A stretch of DNA of 64,000 bases from Candidatus Hodarchaeota archaeon (GTDB taxonomy: Archaea; Asgardarchaeota; Heimdallarchaeia; Hodarchaeales; Hodarchaeaceae): assembly GCA_029856365.1 (NCBI GenBank), contig JAHQWW010000009.1:1-64000 (forward strand), in the 5' to 3' direction. Shown here one piece after another: positions 1-9,757 of this stretch. The notes beneath the pieces were generated by a model, which saw only the letters and a list, made by a program, of their open reading frames with translations, was not told the DNA's origin and did not search any database. Numbering within the stretch: position 1 is the stretch's first letter; the number at the start of each line of letters is the position of its first letter. A program made the translations under genes and the position numbers.

Positions 1-2
1 TC

Positions 3-2459
3 AACAGTCACCCCTCCCACTACTGCTTGACTGGAGCCCTCATTCCCAACATTATCTCGGATCTTAACGTAGAGATCATGATCGCCATCTGAAACCGTAG
101 TAAAACCAAAAGTATCGCCAGATTGCCAGCCTGTCCAACCATTCGTGTCTATTTGAAAGTTATAACACGTCGATGGCAGCCCAGCCCCCGTCTCGGTGAT
201 TGACCCGCTGTCCGTCGCATCTACATCCACCGAATCATCATCATAATAGCCCGTATTAGGGGCATAACCAATAGTCGCAATATCAGCCGTTAACCCAAGA
301 CTATAACTAGTTGGAGGTTCATTATCCCACCCCACGTCATGGAAAGTGACAACTGGATCAATATAGACCTGGGATCCATAGTCATTGCCTGCTCCTACCA
401 CAGCTGATCCAACAGTGATTCCATTTCTAGTAATTGAGGTACCCGAGGAAGGATTTTCTTCAATATCTTTTACTAATCCTGAAGAAGACCCATATATGTT
501 CTCATTACCGCTGTAACCTATGTTTATCTCTCCTTGATAGGGATTTCCTGTATAATTCCATACAGCGGTAACAGTTATGGTTATAGCATCATAAGAACCA
601 TTATTATTATCCCAATATCGAGACCCATCATCATGTTCATAGTTAGAGACCGCAATAGTAGTAATTTTTACACAATCAACATGGACTTCTTGTGTTGTAG
701 TTGTTGACCCGTTAAAATCGGATCCATCACCAACCAATTCTATGAATGGATAGTAAGTATAATTCCCCATAATTGTTTCAGAATCTACTAAAATGCTAAC
801 CAAAGCATCAGTATCGTTTGTAATGGCAACATTGACATCCACAGGAGTATCTTCTCGAAATATTGTTACAATATCAATTTCAACATCAGGAACGGGAATT
901 ATGGTGCCCTCATAATAAATATTGCCTGTAAACACGAGATTAGGGGCATAAATTGGATTGATATTATTATCATCAACACTAAAAGAAGCTACTTCGATAT
1001 TATGATTAAAGTCGTAAGTAATTGAGGATGTTGTCAAATCACTATTTGAGCTAGTATCATTTGCCCACGCGTCGAGAACAATACTGTTTCCATTAGGGAA
1101 ATCCCAATCCGTTTGGATTTCAAATGTCATAGTCAAATATTTTCCATTACGACTTGTTGATCCTGTGCCTAAGGCGATATGATCGGCACCATCATCGTTG
1201 ATTTCGATAAAAGTGTCCGTTCCATTGTCATAACCGACTGAATATTCAAATGAATTAACTGTAAAATTCAGTTGCACAAAATCTAGATCACCATATCCAT
1301 CCTCGTCACTCGCTACTACTTCAAAAGAGTAATACTGTCGTCTTGAATGGACTACTCCTGAATCAGAGTCTTTGATTGAGATATTATTTACATCAATTTG
1401 AACAGCACCCGCACCAAAACGAGGTTGGAAATTATCAAGAAATAAATGATCTTTAAGCGGAGAAGTTGATCCCTCATTAATAGTTGGCTCTTTAATATTT
1501 GAACTATCGTCTTCTATTTCATTATCTTCCGTTGTCTTTTCTATACTTGGATAAACTACTTGGGAGCCAGTTCCTGATAATGCCTGTAATTCAAATGCTG
1601 TTGATAGATCTTTCACCAATCTAAGTGAGAAATACCCATTTCCTAAATCCCTCCGTTCATATACTCGATTAAAGAATGTGAAACGGGTAACCCCCTCCTC
1701 TTTTTCTTTTGGAAGAGAGGTAAGAATGTTTTGGACTTGAGTGATTATAGTTAGAGGCATCACCAGAAGTATAATGGCAAATAGCAAGAGCAAGATGTTC
1801 CCAAACTGCTCTGGATAAACAATTGAGATACCAAATAATCCAATTGATCCTAATAAGACTAAAAATATCTGACTAGGGATTCCTGTTATCGGTTTTAAGT
1901 GGAATCGGATCTGTTCAAACTGGATTCCTGTTATGTTTTCACTGGCATTCCATGATGAAAAAGCGACTTCAAAGTATTCCACCTCATGAAATGCGGTAGT
2001 ATTAAAATTAAATTGAATCTTAGTCCCACGGTACAAATCTAACGCATTTACAACTTGAACAGAGTTGTTTATTCCCTCAATAATAGCCAGCTCGAAAGGA
2101 AAAACACTAATTGTAACATTAGGTAATCCACCCCGATTAAAACTGGTAGTTTCGGTACTGAATACCATTCGCATACGTAACGAAAGCATTTCAAAAGGAT
2201 CTTGAGGCGTTTTAAAAATAAACCTGAATTTATAGGCATCCTGTTCACTAATCACCTCATGGATCCTCATCCCATTGTCTGACCTATAACTCTGGTTATG
2301 AAGGCCGCTAGTAATAGTACCTTCCCCCCTAAATGCGAAATAGTTGCTAAAAGGATAAATTGTATTATCTGGTCGAAATGTAGCAATTGAATTTATCATT
2401 AAAAGTAGAATAAACACTAATATCCCTTTTAAAAAGTATCCTTGGTATTTTAGTCGCAT
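3..2459 (-). CDS. Large secreted/surface protein with Ig-like beta-rich repeats (partial, runs off window start)
   Basis: Not in the ORF track because no stop lies inside the window. ATG at 2459 gives MRLKYQGYFLKGILVFILLLM (signal-like). The frame stays open to position 3 in my manual translation. It has two internal hydrophobic helices, many N-x-S/T sequons and Ig-like motifs (e.g. DGDHDLYVKIRDNVGN). Confidence 0.8.
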   Translation of the reverse strand, partial: MRLKYQGYFLKGILVFILLLMINSIATFRPDNTIYPFSNYFAFRGEGTITSGLHNQSYRSDNGMRIHEVISEQDAYKFRFIFKTPQDPFEMLSLRMRMVFSTETTSFNRGGLPNVTISVFPFELAIIEGINNSVQVVNALDLYRGTKIQFNFNTTAFHEVEYFEVAFSSWNASENITGIQFEQIRFHLKPITGIPSQIFLVLLGSIGLFGISIVYPEQFGNILLLLFAIILLVMPLTIITQVQNILTSLPKEKEEGVTRFTFFNRVYERRDLGNGYFSLRLVKDLSTAFELQALSGTGSQVVYPSIEKTTEDNEIEDDSSNIKEPTINEGSTSPLKDHLFLDNFQPRFGAGAVQIDVNNISIKDSDSGVVHSRRQYYSFEVVASDEDGYGDLDFVQLNFTVNSFEYSVGYDNGTDTFIEINDDGADHIALGTGSTSRNGKYLTMTFEIQTDWDFPNGNSIVLDAWANDTSSNSDLTTSSITYDFNHNIEVASFSVDDNNINPIYAPNLVFTGNIYYEGTIIPVPDVEIDIVTIFREDTPVDVNVAITNDTDALVSILVDSETIMGNYTYYPFIELVGDGSDFNGSTTTTQEVHVDCVKITTIAVSNYEHDDGSRYWDNNNGSYDAITITVTAVWNYTGNPYQGEINIGYSGNENIYGSSSGLVKDIEENPSSGTSITRNGITVGSAVVGAGNDYGSQVYIDPVVTFHDVGWDNEPPTSYSLGLTADIATIGYAPNTGYYDDDSVDVDATDSGSITETGAGLPSTCYNFQIDTNGWTGWQSGDTFGFTTVSDGDHDLYVKIRDNVGNEGSSQAVVGGVTV

Positions 2460-2806
2460 ATTCTATCCTCGAAAAAGCAGAATTAACTTTTTGACGAATG
2501 TAAGAAACCAATTTTCTTGAAATGGAATAGTGCATCCATTCCTTTTATATCTGTGAGAGATCCTCCTTTACTTGAAATAAACAGATATTATGCTGATATT
2601 AGGAGTATCACTTAATCATATATTTACATAACCCTAACAGAGAAAATCTGGAATTTTTACTTTTAACCTCTTCCGAATGGGAGGAAGTAACTATTTCAAC
2701 CGAACAGATTGCTATGATAATAATCTACCACACCTCATTACTTGAAAATAGTTTGCTACTTCCTCACGTCTTGCGTGTCGTTATGACAGATTTTTTAAAC
2801 AGAAGG

Positions 2807-3718
2807 TTATCGAAATTTCGAAGTGAGAAATTCTGCTATTTCTGAGGGATTTTTTCCAAACAAATAAAGGATTGCTTCGAGTCCGACTCCTCCCCCATCT
2901 GCAATCACTTCTATTTTTCTAATTTCTTCAGTAGAAAATGTTTTAAGGGTTTTTTCCCAATTTTTATCGGCTTCCTTAGTTTTAACGAAGAATTTTTCCG
3001 ATATTAGCGTTTCTAAGATCTCTTCTGTGTTTCGTAAAGAAATTACTGATTTATGGGCTGATCCGTGTTTTCTGAAATAAATCAGTATTTGAGCAAGAGT
3101 AAAACCGTGTTGAAATTCAGGAGAAGAGACAATTCTCCCTTTTCCTTTGATTTTGATAATTCTACCTGGAAATCCAGCAACATCTGCCAAAGTTTGACTA
3201 TTCTCGGCCAGACTTACAAACTGACACCCAATTTCAGGAATTAATTGACCAAATACTTCCCCAGTGTTAATTAATATTTGTGCCGCTTCAAACAGTTCTC
3301 TTGTTGTCTGGAGTCTTTGGTTGAAAACTTCAGTTTGTCCAGGCGATGGAAAACATATATTACAATCTGGAGGAAAAGCCAACGAGGTTTTTTTCCGATG
3401 AATGTCACATAATGGTCCAGCAGTCCTGAATTGTTGGCATTCTTGACATATGATCTCCATAAGATCTAATAATGGTGTTGGATCGCTCTTGATTCTCAAT
3501 GCAAGATTACAAACCAGTTCTTTAAAAGCAGGTCTCGAAGTTATAGGAGAGAGAGGAGACTTTGGTTCCTTTAAATATGATGAAACCACAGGTTGGGAAA
3601 CACCAAGAACTTGTGCTATCTCTATCTGAACAAAACCTTGGTTAGCTAATTCTTGAGCCAGAGCTTTTCGTAGGGGAGTTAAGAAGCTTGAAGGGACGAT
3701 TTCACAAATAAAATGCAT
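2807..3718 (-). CDS. thiR: ThiR-type regulator (N-terminal HTH + ThiN/thiamine-phosphate-synthase-like domain)
   Basis: HTH (QIEIAQVLGVSQPVVSSYL), Cys/His motif (CxxCxxxRxxGxLCxxH), ThiN-like segment (LIPEIG..DVAGFPGRI..DGGGVGLEAILYLFG); lies next to thiBPQ. Confidence 0.8.
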   Translation of the reverse strand: MHFICEIVPSSFLTPLRKALAQELANQGFVQIEIAQVLGVSQPVVSSYLKEPKSPLSPITSRPAFKELVCNLALRIKSDPTPLLDLMEIICQECQQFRTAGPLCDIHRKKTSLAFPPDCNICFPSPGQTEVFNQRLQTTRELFEAAQILINTGEVFGQLIPEIGCQFVSLAENSQTLADVAGFPGRIIKIKGKGRIVSSPEFQHGFTLAQILIYFRKHGSAHKSVISLRNTEEILETLISEKFFVKTKEADKNWEKTLKTFSTEEIRKIEVIADGGGVGLEAILYLFGKNPSEIAEFLTSKFR

Positions 3719-3802
3719 AGAACCACATAATGAAATTCTATTACTTTCGACTTATTTTCTTATCAAAAAGTGAACATCATTAAAATATTGCTTATTTTCG
3801 TA

Positions 3803-3990
3803 GTTAATAAATTCTCATGTGAACTGCCACCAGCTGAAGCAGGGGGCTTCCTACGAGTTCGCCGAACCCCTTATCAACAAGATGAGGGGGAACTTTCGTT
3901 TTACCATTGACTGTGTATCGTAGATTATCAATACGATTTATGAAGTACTGATAACCCGTCCACAGGGCATTGTGTGAGAGAAATCGCTTC
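3803..3990 (-). ncRNA. Predicted TnpB omega/reRNA (scaffold overlapping tnpB 3' end; guide = flank ~3818-3803)
   Basis: Inferred from established IS605 biology and the TCAC right end. The 5' boundary is approximate. Confidence 0.5.
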
Positions 3991-5138
3991 ATAATGTTGA
4001 TCGCAGAGTTTTGGTCGCGATCACGGACAATTCCACAAATCTCACATTGATAGATGCGTTCAGAAAGAAGCATCCGCTCTTTTATATGACCACAGACTGC
4101 ACAGGTTTTGGTAGTATCCCGCTCATCAATTACTGTGACTCTTTTACCTAGCTTTTTCGCTTTATAGGTCAGTAATTCGATAAAACGACCCAGATGACCA
4201 GTGTTGTGGACACCACGGTTAACGCTCTTCTGATACTTCTTCTTCTTCCCTTTGATCTTTCCATTCTTCTTACCAGTCATTTGTTTAGGTGAGAGATCAC
4301 CCACGATTATAGTACTGGCTTTTGTATTTCGCAAGAGGTTGAGGCTTTGTTTATGTTGCCAGTCTCTTGTCTGGTTCCGACATTTCCGCTTGATGGTCAC
4401 TAACCGTTGACTGAACAATCGATGTCTGCGACTCCCCTGTTTGCAGTGATCTCTTCTCCGTTGCAAGGAGCGAATCTTCGGTTCCCAATATCTGTCAGGA
4501 CGCTTGACCGTTGATTCGAGAAACTTACCATGCAGATTAATTGCGGTATGTTTGGTCGTACCAAGATCAAAGGCTTGGTACAACCCATTGTCAATGAAAG
4601 GGGGATCCTCGTGTTCAAACGCAACTGCTAAATAGAACTGCTTGTCATATTGATCTTGAAAGATCTCAATCTGTTTAATAACGTAAGCAGAAAAGTCAAA
4701 CGGGACAGGAAAGAGCAATTCCGTCTTACTCGGATGTCTGTGAGAGAATCGAATAGTTTGCTTTGTTATTGTGAAACCTGATTGATTGTAGCATAATGTG
4801 AAGAAATAGTCCTTGCCTCGGAAGGTTGGTGGGCGGGCAGTATTATCTCCGCGCTTTAGTAACCCAAAAAATGATTTGAACGCAGCGTCAAGCTTTTTAA
4901 GCGTCATTTGTAGGACTTTAGAGTATACCTGATTGTACCTTGGGAATAGCTTCTTCACCTGTGGTAAGGCGTTCTGCTGCTCTCTATAAGTAATAAAATA
5001 GTTGTAGGTATCATAAACATACTTTCTTTCTGCTAGTGCATGGTTGTACAGTAACCGACACGTCTCTGATAATTCCCATAGTACCTCCGCCTGTTGTTGT
5101 GTGGGAATGACTGTGAACTTCCATGTGAGAGTTACCAT
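3804..5138 (-). CDS. tnpB: RNA-guided endonuclease TnpB
   Basis: N-terminal HTH_OrfB-like region (CRLLYNHALAER), RuvC-I FDLG, zinc finger CAVCG..CEICG, RuvC-III DRDQNSA. Confidence 0.95.
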   Translation of the reverse strand: MVTLTWKFTVIPTQQQAEVLWELSETCRLLYNHALAERKYVYDTYNYFITYREQQNALPQVKKLFPRYNQVYSKVLQMTLKKLDAAFKSFFGLLKRGDNTARPPTFRGKDYFFTLCYNQSGFTITKQTIRFSHRHPSKTELLFPVPFDFSAYVIKQIEIFQDQYDKQFYLAVAFEHEDPPFIDNGLYQAFDLGTTKHTAINLHGKFLESTVKRPDRYWEPKIRSLQRRRDHCKQGSRRHRLFSQRLVTIKRKCRNQTRDWQHKQSLNLLRNTKASTIIVGDLSPKQMTGKKNGKIKGKKKKYQKSVNRGVHNTGHLGRFIELLTYKAKKLGKRVTVIDERDTTKTCAVCGHIKERMLLSERIYQCEICGIVRDRDQNSAINIMKRFLSHNALWTGYQYFINRIDNLRYTVNGKTKVPPHLVDKGFGELVGSPLLQLVAVHMRIY

Positions 5139-5340
5139 GCAACCAACCAGAGATATTTTATGTCCATTACTATATATAAACCTTCTTAACCACTTCTTCC
5201 AACTTAAGTAGTAATCATTTCTCCTTTTGACCTTTCTGCTCCTATTATTCTTTCTCTCCCCTTTTCATTGTCTTTGAGGTAATTTTTACCTCACTGTTCA
5301 TCCCCCATATGAATAAAAGGGGACTTCTAGTGAAGCTAGG
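3819..5340 (-). mobile_element. IS200/IS605-family (IS1341-like, tnpB-only) insertion sequence
   Basis: On the minus strand, TTTAA (candidate TAM, 5345-5341) is followed by a left-end hairpin (TCACTagaagTCCCC...GGGGGAtgaacAGTGA). The right end GAAGCCCCCTGCTTCAGCTGGTGGCAGTTCAC ends in TCAC at 3819. No tnpA is present. Confidence 0.8.
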
Positions 5341-5441
5341 TTAAATTTGTCATGGTTCTTTAACTATTTAATTAATTAATACAAAGAGATAAAAGTGCAC
5401 ATTCTTAATTCTTTTACTTCAGATCACGAGAATTTATAATT

Positions 5442-5464
5442 AATAGCTGATCAATAAGGTTATT
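5442..5464. promoter_or_regulatory. Candidate ThiR operator AATAGC-N11-GTTATT just downstream of a TATA-like box (TTTATAAT, 5433-5440)
   Basis: Imperfect 23-bp palindrome with the same architecture as the site at 6488-6510. Confidence 0.5.
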
Positions 5465-5471
5465 TCGTCAA

Positions 5472-6428
5472 ATGAACCACTATTCAAAGCTCCTAACACA
5501 GATTCCTCCCATTCTTATGCCAAAAGAAATCACTTCTGCACGTATAATTGAAGACGGATTAAACAATAGGAATATCCTCATTAACGAAACATGGTTAGTC
5601 AAGGAATATCTTTTTACAGATGAAACGACTGATCCAGTCAATTTACGTTTTCTACGTGAAAAAGATAGCCTTTTGCTGCTCAAAGGTAACCCCCATGCTC
5701 CAGGACTGTTGAAATATTACGATGATGGCATACGATTTTTTATTGCTCGTACGTGGGTTGAGGGACAGACCCTCAGTCACGATTATCTCCTAGATAATGT
5801 GGAATTATTAGCGAATTCTCTTATGTCTATTCACAGCATAACTGAATCCACAGCTGGGGATTTCCATTACTATGATGTGATTAAACGCTACCTTCTTGAA
5901 TATAAAGGAATGAAACGGCACTATCCTACCTCACCCTCTCTGGAAACGGAGTTCTCGCATTTTCCTTCTTATGAGAGAGTGAATCAGTATTTTATTGACC
6001 ACATTCACCAACTTCAAAGTATAAACTCTGTCAAACCTCTTGTTCGAATTCATGGGGACCTCGTATTCTCTAACATCATTCATTCGCAAAAAAATGATGA
6101 AATAGCGTTCATAGATTGGGAGTATTCAACCTTAGCTGATCCATATATTGATTTGGCTTATCTTATAACTCAAAACCAGCTCTCACAAAAAATTCAACAT
6201 ACTACTGTTGAAAAATTTGGAGAACAGCTAGGAAATCAAGTCAATCCTGAAGTCCTGGAGTTCACATGTAACTTAATGAATTTAATGTCAGGTTTATGGT
6301 ATGTGATTCAAGCAGCACGATTCAGATCAACATCTGTTCCCTTTGTAGAGCAACATCCCTCTTTTATTGAGTTTCTCTCTTTTGCCAAAGATAGATTTCA
6401 AGCTCTAGATCTTATTGAAGTTTTATAA
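5472..6428 (+). CDS. APH/choline-kinase-fold phosphotransferase, candidate thiamine kinase
   Basis: HGDLVFSNI and IDWEYS motifs; lies between thiR and thiBPQ. Confidence 0.75.
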   Translation: MNHYSKLLTQIPPILMPKEITSARIIEDGLNNRNILINETWLVKEYLFTDETTDPVNLRFLREKDSLLLLKGNPHAPGLLKYYDDGIRFFIARTWVEGQTLSHDYLLDNVELLANSLMSIHSITESTAGDFHYYDVIKRYLLEYKGMKRHYPTSPSLETEFSHFPSYERVNQYFIDHIHQLQSINSVKPLVRIHGDLVFSNIIHSQKNDEIAFIDWEYSTLADPYIDLAYLITQNQLSQKIQHTTVEKFGEQLGNQVNPEVLEFTCNLMNLMSGLWYVIQAARFRSTSVPFVEQHPSFIEFLSFAKDRFQALDLIEVL

Positions 6429-6479
6429 GGGCCCTATATTATCAACCTATACTATTTAAATCCTTAAAATGAGGTTCAA

Positions 6480-7790
6480 TTGTTTTTAATAACCTTTCAT
6501 AGAGGTTGTATGGACATGATAAAAGATGTAATAAAACCAGTTCGTGGAATACCCCTGAAGTGGACATTAGTAATTGTAGTTCTTATCGTTTCAGCCTCGC
6601 TCATCATCGCTCAAGTCTCAATCGCTAGTGGTCATCCCAATTCGACCCATCTAACTCCTACTTTAACAATTTATACTTATGATTCTCTAATAAATTGGGG
6701 ATTAAACGCTACTGAGGCAAATAATCGCGTCTTCGATGCTTTTGAAGCCCAAGAAGATTGTATTATTGAATTAGAATATTTTGATGATGCAAATTCAGTC
6801 CTAGCTAAGGCTGTTGCAGAAAAAAATTCTCCAAAAGCTGATATTATTATAGGAATCGATAATGTATTGATCTACGAAGCATTGGCTCAAGAAATCCTTA
6901 TTCCTTATGAAGCTTCGACTTTGTCTGATCTTTCAGAAAGTGTCATCAATGGACTGGATCCTGATCATTATGTCACCCCTTATGATTATGGCCTTATTGC
7001 TATTATTTATCATAAACATTTAGTGAATTCATCAAATGTCCCAACTATTGACACTCTCAAACTTAATGATTTACTTGATCCCAAAGTGGCTCAAATGCTT
7101 GTTACCGAAGATCCAACATTAAGCAGTACAGGTCTCGGTTTTCTTATGTGGACAATCGGAGTATATGAAAAAGTCCTTAATAAGGACTGGGAACTTTGGT
7201 GGAACGATACCAGAAATGATATTCAAGTAGAAGATAGTTGGGGTGATGCATTTGATGTTTTTTATACTCCTGCAGCTAATCGGCCAATGGTAGTGTCATA
7301 CGGAACGGATCCTGCATATGACTACCTTTTCTACGGAGAGCCATACAATACAACTTACATAGGGGCAACAGTATCTCATGAAAATGATTCAAATTACGGG
7401 TGGTTACAAATTGAAGGCTTGGGAATTTTAAAAGGAACCAAAAATCTTGGTTTAGCTCAAAAATTCATTGATTGGTTTACAGGAGTAACAGTTCAAGAAA
7501 TAATTCCTGAAAACAACTGGATGTACCCTGCTAATGAGCTTGCTAAACTTCCAGAGAGTTATAAATATGCTATTGATCCTACAACTGTTACACCACTAAA
7601 CGATTTATTTACTCCTGATGAAATGGAAAAATCCCTTGATAAATGGCTAGATACGTGGGGACAAGTAATGATCTTAGGCTATACCATTGCTGAACCAACA
7701 CTATTCCCTCCAAGTTTATTCATCCTTATCCCGATGATTCTCGTTGTCATTCGAAGAAAGACAAGAAGAAAAAGCAGCTTATCTGATTGA
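6480..7790 (+). CDS. thiB: Thiamine ABC transporter substrate-binding protein (real start likely 6510/6516), with C-terminal TM anchor
   Basis: LTIYTYDS, PKADIIIGIDN, PYDYG, DPTLSSTGLGF, VVSYGTDP, QIEG, NWMYP are ThiB motifs. Confidence 0.9.
   Translation: MFLITFHRGCMDMIKDVIKPVRGIPLKWTLVIVVLIVSASLIIAQVSIASGHPNSTHLTPTLTIYTYDSLINWGLNATEANNRVFDAFEAQEDCIIELEYFDDANSVLAKAVAEKNSPKADIIIGIDNVLIYEALAQEILIPYEASTLSDLSESVINGLDPDHYVTPYDYGLIAIIYHKHLVNSSNVPTIDTLKLNDLLDPKVAQMLVTEDPTLSSTGLGFLMWTIGVYEKVLNKDWELWWNDTRNDIQVEDSWGDAFDVFYTPAANRPMVVSYGTDPAYDYLFYGEPYNTTYIGATVSHENDSNYGWLQIEGLGILKGTKNLGLAQKFIDWFTGVTVQEIIPENNWMYPANELAKLPESYKYAIDPTTVTPLNDLFTPDEMEKSLDKWLDTWGQVMILGYTIAEPTLFPPSLFILIPMILVVIRRKTRRKSSLSD
6488..6510. 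promoter_or_regulatory. Candidate ThiR operator AATAAC-N11-GTTGTA upstream of thiB
   Basis: 23-bp imperfect palindrome directly before the likely thiB start (ATG 6510/6516). Confidence 0.5.
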
Positions 7791-9748
7791 ATATTGTGAA
7801 GGTAGCATATGTGGTACAAGCACTCCAGAATGAAGTATCAAAAAAGAAAATCGTTAACAAATCATTCAACTTAATTTTAGTAACTCCCTTGCTAATCTCT
7901 TTTTTATTCTTCTACATGCCCCTTATTTTTATTCTAATTGATGCAGTTTTATCTGCTTCGGGTGCAATTACCCTTGAATTCATGAGAGATGCGTTAGTAG
8001 ATCCATTAAATCGATACTTTATCCAATTTACTATTAATCAAGCTGTCATCAGTTCTATCATAACAATTATTATAGGATTACCTGGTGCTTATATCTTTGC
8101 TAAGTTCCAATTTACAGGAGATAGGGCTCTTAAGACAATTTTAACTGTACCGTTTGTATTACCCCCCATCGTGGTTGTTTTAGGTTTTGTTTTGCTAATC
8201 GGGCCAAATGGAATCCTTAACTCATTTTTAATGGCATTTTTTAACTTAAAGAGTCCTCCAATCCATTTATACAAAACATTCGAAGGAATAATATTGGTCC
8301 ATGCTTTTTACAATGTCCCTATTGTACTTCATTTAGTGTCTAGCGCTTGGACAAAAGCAAATGTGGATATGGAAGAAGTGGCAACTACTCTTGGAAGTCG
8401 AAAATTCCATTTCTTTCGTTATGTTACATTTCCCCAAATCAGCTCTGCCATTCTAGCCAGTGGAATCCTCACTTTTCTTTACTGCTTTACTTCTTTTGCA
8501 GTTGTCCTATCATTGGGAGGAATTCAATTTAAAACACTAGAGGTGCAGATCTACTCTTTATTCCACTATCGATATGATTATCATCAAGCTGCTGCTTTAG
8601 CTTTGTTTCAATTACTCATTACATCTATTCTGATCATTTTATATCTCTATTTTTCTGAACCTGTTTTCAAGCGTGAAGGATTTAAAACATTTTTTCCACC
8701 AATTTGGATTAAATTAATACAATTTTTAGTTATTGGGGGAATAATTCTATTTTTCCTCTATTTCCGTGTCAATATTATACTGATATTTTTACTAGGACTC
8801 ATTGGAGGGGGATTTTGGAAGTATGGTAGGACAACTCCTTTAACCATTGGAGAAATTCGACAAAGATCAAAGATGAAATTAAGAGGCCTTCTTTCTAATG
8901 AAAAATTCCGTTTTTGTATAATAATCATCTATATCGCTTCTATAACCATTTTTCTTCTCTCTCCAATCGTTATAATCTTTTTTTCTGCTTTCTATGATCG
9001 TATGACAAACAAATGGAACATTGATGCGTTTTTCAGGCTTTTAGGCTTCAGATTCAATGAAAACGGTTTATTGTGGATTCCAAAGTCAAATCCTGCTTTA
9101 GGGGCAAATACTTCTGCAATTAATTTAATCTTCAATTCACTGTTTTTTGCTCTCGTTACATTGACATTATCAGCGTTTTTTGGAGTTTTGTCGATTTACG
9201 CAATTAGAAGATCAGAATTTTTAGGACAACATCAGGTCATAGCTTTGATCATTTCTTGGTCTTTTATTCTTCCTTTAGTAACCTCTTCTATTACTATCGG
9301 CCTAGGAATGCTTCGAACTTTTGGATTTATCCGAATTTCCTCTCAAGACGCATGGATACCCATCATACTCGCTCATCTTATTGCTGCTTATCCTTTTGTA
9401 TCACGAACAGTCAGTACAGCATATAACAAAATTGATTTCGGCCTGATTGAAATTGGGAAAACATTGGGAGCCTCTAGGTGGTATATTTTCCGAAACATTG
9501 AATTTCCGATAATTTCATCGGGTATCTTGGCTGGAGCGACTTTCGCACTTGCAATTAGCTTCGGTGAATTTGGAGCTACATATTTTATTGCTCGTTCAGA
9601 ATTCACAACGATGACGATTGGAATCTATAAATTCTTAAATCTAAGACAGTTACAAAATTCTGCAATAATGGCTTCAATATTAATCTTAGTTTGTATTGCC
9701 GCCTTTCTTCTTGTCCAGAAACTTGGTGAAGACGAATTTCATTTCTAA
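7787..9748 (+). CDS. thiP: Thiamine ABC transporter permease (double BPD_transp_1)
   Basis: PFVLPPIVV, EEVATTLG, TLEVQIY, ISFGEFGAT motifs; operon context. Confidence 0.88.
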   Translation: MNIVKVAYVVQALQNEVSKKKIVNKSFNLILVTPLLISFLFFYMPLIFILIDAVLSASGAITLEFMRDALVDPLNRYFIQFTINQAVISSIITIIIGLPGAYIFAKFQFTGDRALKTILTVPFVLPPIVVVLGFVLLIGPNGILNSFLMAFFNLKSPPIHLYKTFEGIILVHAFYNVPIVLHLVSSAWTKANVDMEEVATTLGSRKFHFFRYVTFPQISSAILASGILTFLYCFTSFAVVLSLGGIQFKTLEVQIYSLFHYRYDYHQAAALALFQLLITSILIILYLYFSEPVFKREGFKTFFPPIWIKLIQFLVIGGIILFFLYFRVNIILIFLLGLIGGGFWKYGRTTPLTIGEIRQRSKMKLRGLLSNEKFRFCIIIIYIASITIFLLSPIVIIFFSAFYDRMTNKWNIDAFFRLLGFRFNENGLLWIPKSNPALGANTSAINLIFNSLFFALVTLTLSAFFGVLSIYAIRRSEFLGQHQVIALIISWSFILPLVTSSITIGLGMLRTFGFIRISSQDAWIPIILAHLIAAYPFVSRTVSTAYNKIDFGLIEIGKTLGASRWYIFRNIEFPIISSGILAGATFALAISFGEFGATYFIARSEFTTMTIGIYKFLNLRQLQNSAIMASILILVCIAAFLLVQKLGEDEFHF

Positions 9749-9757
9749 AATTGGAGT

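Noticed and set aside
6429-6515. TPP riboswitch upstream of thiB
   Set aside because: The region is too short and lacks the conserved TPP aptamer motifs; protein (ThiR) control fits better.
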